A stretch of DNA of 64,000 nucleotides, taken from a virus. Location: positions 1 through 64,000 of IMG/VR virus record IMGVR_UViG_3300032236_001503; one strand, given 5' to 3'. Below, one piece after another: positions 57,748 to 64,000 of this stretch (position 1 is the first letter of the stretch; every line of letters starts with the position of its first letter). A program made the translations under genes and the position numbers. The notes beneath the pieces are model-generated. The model saw only the letters and a list, made by a program, of their open reading frames with translations. It was not told the DNA's origin and did no database searches.

Positions 57748-59168
57748 TCGAATTAACATTAACACCTAGCGAAAAACAAGGTCAGATTAATGCTGATCCA
57801 ACTACGCTTGCGTTAATTAGAGAAAAATTTTCAATTGCTAATCCAGCACACCGAAGAAATACAAGATTCGTTCCAGCAAGACTCTATGCAATAACACCTG
57901 CTGGAAAATTTGAAATAGGTATGTTAAAAGATATATGTGCTTATTGCGATTCAAAACAATATCTTTATAAAATAACTGAAAATTTAAAAAATAAATTTCA
58001 TGTAGGGTTTTTAGACCCAATAATTAAAAAATATTGTTTAACATATAGAGATCACCAAGATAAATCAATTAATCTTGCGGTAAAAAATGGAAGAGGCGTT
58101 ATATGTATTCCAACTGCTGGTGGTAAAACATTAATCATGTCAGGAATTATTGAAAGTATGAGACTTTCAATGTATAAGCCGAATGCAAAGGCACTCGTTT
58201 TGGTTCCAAATATTCAACTTGTTGAGCAAACTTCAAAGGACTTTGAGGAATATGGCATGGAAAAAGTAACTAAATGGTCAGGTGACAACATTCCTAACCC
58301 AGAAGCAACAACTATCGTTGCTGGAACGCAAATTTTATTAAGTGAAAAAACAGATTTATCAATTTTAAATGAAATTGATTTGTTACTTGTTGATGAAACT
58401 CATGGTTTAAGAAAAGGTAATGAAATTAATAAAGTTCTTCAACTTGTAAATACCAATTATAGGTTTGGATTTACTGGTACGATGCCGACATCATTAATTG
58501 ATCAATGGAACATCATCGGTAAGATCGGTCCCATCATATATCAGGAAAAAACCCAAGATTTAAAAGAAAAAAATTACGTTTCAGATTTTAAAATTTTTAT
58601 ATTAAACATTCTCCATAAAGACATACCCAAAATAGAACATAATCCACATAGACCAAGTGAAGCTTTTGAAAAAGAATTGGAATTTTTAACAAATAATGCA
58701 AGAAGAAATGAAATAATATGTAATCTTGCTTTAAAATTAAAAAATAACACCATTATAATGGCTGATAGAATTCAACATGGTGAAACATTAGAAAAAATGT
58801 TAAAGGATAAAAGCGGAGATGATAAATTAATTTATTTTATAAGAGGTTCTACAGAAATGGAAGATCGTGAGAGTATTAGAAAATTAATGGATGGTAGAGA
58901 TGATGTTATAGTCGTAGCAATATCAAAAATTTTCAGTACTGGTATCAATATACCTAATCTTCACAACATAATATTCGCTTCAGCAGGAAAAGCAAAAATA
59001 AAAATTATGCAGTCTATTGGTAGAGCACTCAGATTGCATCCCACAAAAACAATGGCTAATATTTTCGATATTTCCGATAATACAAAGTATGGCAAAAGAC
59101 ATATAGCCGAAAGAGAAGCATTATATTTAAATGAAAACTACAATTATGAAAAAACAAACATACAATAA
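57744..59168 (+). CDS. uvsW: SF2 DNA helicase UvsW-like
   Basis: RDHQ, PTAGGKT, VDETH, FGFTGT, FSTGINIPNLHNIIFA, QSIGRALR. Confidence 0.93.
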   Translation: MIELTLTPSEKQGQINADPTTLALIREKFSIANPAHRRNTRFVPARLYAITPAGKFEIGMLKDICAYCDSKQYLYKITENLKNKFHVGFLDPIIKKYCLTYRDHQDKSINLAVKNGRGVICIPTAGGKTLIMSGIIESMRLSMYKPNAKALVLVPNIQLVEQTSKDFEEYGMEKVTKWSGDNIPNPEATTIVAGTQILLSEKTDLSILNEIDLLLVDETHGLRKGNEINKVLQLVNTNYRFGFTGTMPTSLIDQWNIIGKIGPIIYQEKTQDLKEKNYVSDFKIFILNILHKDIPKIEHNPHRPSEAFEKELEFLTNNARRNEIICNLALKLKNNTIIMADRIQHGETLEKMLKDKSGDDKLIYFIRGSTEMEDRESIRKLMDGRDDVIVVAISKIFSTGINIPNLHNIIFASAGKAKIKIMQSIGRALRLHPTKTMANIFDISDNTKYGKRHIAEREALYLNENYNYEKTNIQ

Positions 59169-59826
59169 AAGAAAAAAGCGAATAAAGAAGGAAGATTCAT
59201 ATGATGATTTAATTTATCATGATGTTATAGATGAAGATCATGATTTAAGAGATGATCACGAAGAAGAATTAGCAATAAATGAAGATGAAATTGATTTGGT
59301 CGAAAATGCTTTAGATGATGAAGAATTATTGACTACTATTGTTTCAGTAGAAACGGTGGATGTTATTGTTAACGAAGATAAACCAAAGGGTAGACGTAAA
59401 GGAAATCCTGACAAAACGAAATTCTATGTAGATCCGAAGGAATTTGATCAAGAAATTATGAATTATTATAAATCAGGTAAAATGTCTAATAACTTGGCAG
59501 AAATGGTTAGTAAGATTTCTCATAAGTTAAGCTATGCTCCTAATTTCATCAATTATACATACAGAGAAGAAATGGTTGGTGATGGAGTTATAAGAATGAT
59601 GAAGGCATTAATGGCTAAAAAGTATAATCATGAGAAGGGAACAAATCCATTTAGTTATTTTACCAGAATTGCTTTCAATGCATTCAGAAACAGGATCAAA
59701 AAAGAGAAACATATGGCTGAAACTCATGAAAAATATCAAAATGAACTCATGATGATGTCTCAAAATTACAATGTTCTCATGAAAAACAATAATATCAGAA
59801 TCAATAAAGAAAGAGAAAGACATTGA
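59131..59826 (+). CDS. gp55: Late-transcription sigma factor (T4 gp55-like) with acidic N-terminal extension
   Basis: YVDPKEF, PNFINYTYREEM, NPFSYFTRIAFNAF..RIKKEK; start could be 59146. Confidence 0.88.
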   Translation: MKTTIMKKQTYNKRKKRIKKEDSYDDLIYHDVIDEDHDLRDDHEEELAINEDEIDLVENALDDEELLTTIVSVETVDVIVNEDKPKGRRKGNPDKTKFYVDPKEFDQEIMNYYKSGKMSNNLAEMVSKISHKLSYAPNFINYTYREEMVGDGVIRMMKALMAKKYNHEKGTNPFSYFTRIAFNAFRNRIKKEKHMAETHEKYQNELMMMSQNYNVLMKNNNIRINKERERH

Positions 59827-59850
59827 TATATTGTAAAAAACTGTTAGAGT
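59823..59850 (+). promoter_or_regulatory. Sigma70-like promoter TTGATA-N16-TAGAGT (extended -10 TG), 7 nt before the gp47 ATG
   Basis: Read directly from the sequence. Confidence 0.6.
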
Positions 59851-59857
59851 AGTTGTA

Positions 59858-60904
59858 ATGAAGATTAAGAGTAAAAAGATAGGATGTTTTTCTGATATCC
59901 ATATTGGGTTAGGTCAGGATAGCAAACAATGGCATGATATTGCTTTAAATTTTGCTAAATGGGCATCTGAATATTACAAAGATCAGGGTATTGATGAAAT
60001 ATTGATACCCGGTGACATCTTTCACAACAGAAGTGAGATCGGTGTTAACACCCTAGCAGTCGCAAAACAGTTTTTTGATTACTTTAAGGATTTTACAATT
60101 TATATTTCTAGTGGTAATCATGATTGTTTCTATAAAAACAACAGCACAGTCAATTCTATATCTATTTTAGGTGGTTGGGGTAACATTCATATCATTGATA
60201 ATGAATGTGAGACGATTAAAACACCATATAAAGATATAATCATGGTTCCTTGGGGCGTTGAATATGATCAAATACCAAAAACTGACGGAATAATCTTTGG
60301 ACACTTCGAAATTAGTTCATTTTACATGAATTCTTACAAGGTTTGTGAGCATGGTATGGAGTCAAAACAATTATTTAAGAAAGCACCATTAATTGTATCT
60401 GGTCACTTTCATAAAAAAGATGATAGAAAATACGATAAAGGTAGAATTGTCTATTTAGGTAGCCCATTCCAACATAATTTCGGTGATGCTGGTGATATTA
60501 GAGGTATCTACATTCTTGATTTAGAGAAAAATGAGTTTGAGTTTATTGAAAATGAAATTTCACCCAAACATATCAAAGTTTCAACTAAAGCAATTTTAGA
60601 AAATGATGTAGACATCGAAAATTACTTATTAAAGGATAATATTGTAAGTTTGATTGTCGATATGGAAATTGAGCAAGAAGAACTTGCACAATTAACTTTA
60701 AAAATTAACAAAAATTCACCTTTATCGGTTAGAACTGATTATCTTGCTGAAAATTCCAATATCGAAACGTTTGATGACACTAAAGAATTTGATTCTGGTA
60801 ATCTTCTTAAAGATATAGAGGATTTCGTCAACAATCTTGATATAGAAAACAAAAAAGAGGTAATTGAATATCTAACAGATTCTTATAATTTATTAACAAA
60901 ATGA
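59858..60904 (+). CDS. gp47: Recombination endonuclease subunit (gp47/SbcD/Mre11-like)
   Basis: SDIHIG, GDIFHNR, GNHD, FGHFEI, SGHFH, YLGSP. Confidence 0.92.
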   Translation: MKIKSKKIGCFSDIHIGLGQDSKQWHDIALNFAKWASEYYKDQGIDEILIPGDIFHNRSEIGVNTLAVAKQFFDYFKDFTIYISSGNHDCFYKNNSTVNSISILGGWGNIHIIDNECETIKTPYKDIIMVPWGVEYDQIPKTDGIIFGHFEISSFYMNSYKVCEHGMESKQLFKKAPLIVSGHFHKKDDRKYDKGRIVYLGSPFQHNFGDAGDIRGIYILDLEKNEFEFIENEISPKHIKVSTKAILENDVDIENYLLKDNIVSLIVDMEIEQEELAQLTLKINKNSPLSVRTDYLAENSNIETFDDTKEFDSGNLLKDIEDFVNNLDIENKKEVIEYLTDSYNLLTK

Positions 60905-61680
60905 ACAACGAAATAGGAATAGGCATTCTTGACCTTTATACTCAAGAGGATTTACAAAACTGTTGGGATTCAATCCCACAACAATATAAAAATCACGATG
61001 ATTTACTGACTCGTGTATTTGTTGTCAGTAATAACAAGAATAAACCATTGCCTGATGCTCAAACCAAGCAATATACTACCGCAGTTCAACTCGCAACAAT
61101 GAGAAACTATCTTATTTCTCAGATGAGACTTCGTGGATGCAAATATTATTTCTTATTACATTCGAATCAGGTTATTAAAGACCCACAAATTTTTGAAAAG
61201 ACTCTTAAATTAGCAGATACATTTGGTACTTGGGTTATTATGGGAGCATCAACCGATAACATTCCCCTTGAAGACGATGAAAAAGGAGTAACCCTTAATT
61301 TATCAAAGCATTTAAATAGTGAATTTATGTTTTTATTCTCAGGAATAGTAAAAACTTTTGGATATTTTGATGAAAGATACTTTAATAGTTTGCAACTTGA
61401 TGTTTTAGACTACGTTACGAAGGTAAGAGGTAAGAATGCTTATCCACCAAACAACTATCATCCAACAATACCTAATGATTGGTTAGAAAGCGGTATAGGA
61501 AATATCAATAAGCTTGGATTAAAGGACATTCCGGACGAATCAAGAGATGTTCAATTGAGTTATGCTCATTTTATGAATCAACATAGATATTTGCCAACAC
61601 AAAATGATCCAGTTCATGTATCTCAGGATGAATTACTCAAAGCAATGGAAGTAATTCAGACTAATTATGCAAAAAAATAA
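60901..61680 (+). CDS. GT2-like glycosyltransferase, possibly degenerate
   Basis: EIGIGILD start and GYFDERY motif shared with its neighbours, but LHSN replaces the EDD motif. Confidence 0.55.
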   Translation: MNNEIGIGILDLYTQEDLQNCWDSIPQQYKNHDDLLTRVFVVSNNKNKPLPDAQTKQYTTAVQLATMRNYLISQMRLRGCKYYFLLHSNQVIKDPQIFEKTLKLADTFGTWVIMGASTDNIPLEDDEKGVTLNLSKHLNSEFMFLFSGIVKTFGYFDERYFNSLQLDVLDYVTKVRGKNAYPPNNYHPTIPNDWLESGIGNINKLGLKDIPDESRDVQLSYAHFMNQHRYLPTQNDPVHVSQDELLKAMEVIQTNYAKK

Positions 61681-62494
61681 AATCGGTGTTGGTCTAATCA
61701 CATGTGATAGGCAAGACTTTTTTACAAAGGCTATAAAAAGTCTTATTAATGCATTAGAAGATTATCCATATCATGAATTGATTGTTGTTAATGACGGATT
61801 AACTGCTATACATAGTGAAGATTACCATGTTGTTAATACTGGTGGTAAAATTGGAGTTGGTAGAGCTAAAAACGTAGCATTAAATTACCTTTTGAATAAA
61901 AATCGTAAATGTGAACACATATTTTTAATGGAAGATGATATCGAAATATCAGATCCATATGTTTTTAAAGAATACATCAAAACTGCAAGCGTTACAGGCA
62001 TTAAACATTTAAATTATGCTTTACACGGTAATCACAATAGAGATAATTACGGTAATGCACTCGTAAGAAAGACTGTTAACTATCCAGACAATACAAAAGT
62101 AGATTTATATCCAAATTTACTTGGTGCATTTAGTTATTTTCATAATAGCTGCTTAGATGAAATTGGATTAATCGATCCCGATTATTATAATGCTATGGAA
62201 CACGTAGATCATACATATAGAGCGATTAAAGCAGCATATCACCCACCCTTTAGGTGGTTTGCTGATGTTCATGGTTCGGATAAAATGCTTAAAGATATAG
62301 TTCCAGACCATCAACAAAGTAAAATTAGAAATGAGGCTAATTTTCAAGAAACTTTTAAGAAAGGTGTTGATCTTTTTATCGAAAAGCAAGGGTTTAGTGT
62401 TATTGGTGGGTACGGACCACCAGAAAAACACTATACCGAAGAGGAATGCCTAAAATCATTACAAGATATATGGAAAAAGAGAAAATCGGAGTAG
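61667..62494 (+). CDS. GT2 family glycosyltransferase
   Basis: KIGVGLIT, VVNDG, GVGRAKN, HIFLMEDD, IGLID..EHVD. Confidence 0.85.
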   Translation: MQKNKIGVGLITCDRQDFFTKAIKSLINALEDYPYHELIVVNDGLTAIHSEDYHVVNTGGKIGVGRAKNVALNYLLNKNRKCEHIFLMEDDIEISDPYVFKEYIKTASVTGIKHLNYALHGNHNRDNYGNALVRKTVNYPDNTKVDLYPNLLGAFSYFHNSCLDEIGLIDPDYYNAMEHVDHTYRAIKAAYHPPFRWFADVHGSDKMLKDIVPDHQQSKIRNEANFQETFKKGVDLFIEKQGFSVIGGYGPPEKHYTEEECLKSLQDIWKKRKSE

Positions 62495-63246
62495 GAATAG
62501 TTACATATAACTCAGAAGAATACTTTAAAACTCTTTATGAGTCACTTCCGCTTGCAAAAATTGATGAATTGGTTGTGATTAACGGTGGAAATCACTATAG
62601 GGAAAATTATGCATGTCATTGGGTTCAACATAATACAAATTGTTACCCATCAGTTTGCAGAAATGATGCTGTAAGCTTCCTTTTAAATCGAAATTGTGAG
62701 CATATTTTTATAATTGAAGATGATATGATAATAAAAAGACCTGATATTTTTGATGCATATATTAATGCTTCAAAAGAATCAGGTTTAAAGTATCTTTGCT
62801 TTACTAGTATGGCTTGGGAATCGGGTTCTATTGGTAATAGGACACCACGATTAACCGTAAACTACAAAAATGATGTAAAAATATCTCTTTATAAGAATAT
62901 GTGTAATGAATTTACATATCATCATAAATCATGTTTTGAAAAAGTTGGATTATATGACACACAATTTAGAGATCCATTTGATATTGATATGGCTTATAGA
63001 GAATCGCAACAAGACTACGCCGCACCATTCTGGTGGTTTGCTGATATAGCTGACGCAGATTTATATATTGAAAATAACCCAAATGCCACTAGCCGTTTAC
63101 AAGCTGAAAGACCAGATGGATCAAGAGAAACTAGAATACAAGAGCAATGGCAACTGTTTATTAAAAAACATGGGTTACAAGTAAATCAAATACCGGATAT
63201 TTCACAAATAGACGTAGTTGATAAGTTAAAAAATATTAAACCATGA
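62470..63246 (+). CDS. GT2 family glycosyltransferase
   Basis: Likely start MEKEKIGVGIVT (62470); HIFIIEDD; VGLYD. Confidence 0.8.
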   Translation: MEKEKIGVGIVTYNSEEYFKTLYESLPLAKIDELVVINGGNHYRENYACHWVQHNTNCYPSVCRNDAVSFLLNRNCEHIFIIEDDMIIKRPDIFDAYINASKESGLKYLCFTSMAWESGSIGNRTPRLTVNYKNDVKISLYKNMCNEFTYHHKSCFEKVGLYDTQFRDPFDIDMAYRESQQDYAAPFWWFADIADADLYIENNPNATSRLQAERPDGSRETRIQEQWQLFIKKHGLQVNQIPDISQIDVVDKLKNIKP

Positions 63247-64000
63247 AAATAGCAATAGGAATCAATATTTTTGGTTATTATACCAGACAAGATCAATGTA
63301 TAGAAGTTTTAAACCGTTTTGTGTCAAAACATTCAAATATTTCTCTCTATAATATAACATTTGAAAATGAAAAAAACTACACTTTAGGTTTTAAACATCT
63401 ACCGATCTTAAAAAGAAGAGCAAAAGATATAATTCAAGGGTCAGTTTCGGACAAACCAATAGCCAAAGATTTTTTCGATGCATTATCTACGGTTGATTGT
63501 GATTATTTTTTATTTTTAAACAGTGATATATTAATAACCGAAAAATTAATCAAGTTGATAGAAAAGGGAGAATATGAAACCTATTCCTTTTCAAGACATG
63601 ATTGCTATAAGATCGAATCCCTGAGTAATATTATTCCATTTAGGATAGAAATAGCAGGATTTGACGCATGGTGCGTTAAAAAAGATTGGTGGATTGAAAA
63701 TAGAGATTATTTCAATGATTATGTTTATGCTGAACACTTATGGGATGTTGCTTTTACGGTAGAAATGTACAATCGAAGCAATTCATTCATTGGTAACAAA
63801 GAAGTTTATCTTTGTCACGAAAAACATGAACTAAAGTGGAATGAATTTTCACCTGAAGCAACTCATAATTCAAAATTATGGGAAAATACACCATATCATA
63901 AGAGATGGCACGAGTTTATCTACTCATACCTAGTAAAAAGAATGCCATACGGTCAATTTTTATATGCTTTACCTGACGAGCAACAAAAAGAAAAGGAATA
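63243..64000 (+). CDS. GT-A-like glycosyltransferase (partial; runs off the right edge)
   Basis: Not in the ORF track. ATG 63243 MKIAIGINIF..; DYFLFLNSDILI (DxD-like), AGFDAW, WD. Confidence 0.65.
   Translation, partial: MKIAIGINIFGYYTRQDQCIEVLNRFVSKHSNISLYNITFENEKNYTLGFKHLPILKRRAKDIIQGSVSDKPIAKDFFDALSTVDCDYFLFLNSDILITEKLIKLIEKGEYETYSFSRHDCYKIESLSNIIPFRIEIAGFDAWCVKKDWWIENRDYFNDYVYAEHLWDVAFTVEMYNRSNSFIGNKEVYLCHEKHELKWNEFSPEATHNSKLWENTPYHKRWHEFIYSYLVKRMPYGQFLYALPDEQQKEKE

Noticed and set aside
1597-62431. Many 60-120-aa ORFs nested in or antisense to long genes (e.g. 15780-16136, 36270-36629, 43860-44138, 62168-62431)
   Set aside because: Shadow frames of repetitive or codon-biased genes; no motifs or promoter boxes.
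1-64000. Alternative genetic code explaining the Cys excess or ORF ends
   Set aside because: Cys is encoded by TGT/TGC; TAG (1271, 25074) and TGA (48179) end genes at sensible positions; core genes are full length in the standard code.

Overview
AT-rich, densely coding 64 kb segment of a large T4-like (Tevenvirinae-style core) myovirus genome. It uses the standard genetic code; no tRNA, CRISPR array or reverse transcriptase was seen. The window holds baseplate genes (gp6, gp25, two very large wedge/spike proteins), head and neck genes (gp20, gp21, gp22, gp23, gp4, gp13, gp15, probable gp16), replication/recombination/transcription genes (gp44, gp62-like, gp61, UvsY, UvsW, gp55, gp47, GroES-like) and a clustered lysis cassette with a unimolecular-spanin-like lipoprotein, which implies a diderm host. 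There are at least five long fibre/adhesin genes and at least six glycosyltransferase-like genes. Best candidate for a new system: a virion surface-modification module. Three fibres have Cys at positions where sibling repeats carry Ser/Thr/Asn. They lie in the same window as, and one abuts, a two-gene cassette encoding a GT9/heptosyltransferase-like enzyme whose catalytic Asp position is Lys plus a PAPS-type sulfotransferase. A nearby lectin-array protein carries an aryl-sulfotransferase (ASST) domain with apparently intact catalytic residues. Also notable: a sedolisin (S53) protease fused to a baseplate protein, and two promoter classes (TTGAC[AT]-N16-TANNNT and late TAA[AGT]TA boxes) placed so that most mRNAs would be leaderless. 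All family assignments come from motifs read by eye; no database searches were run.
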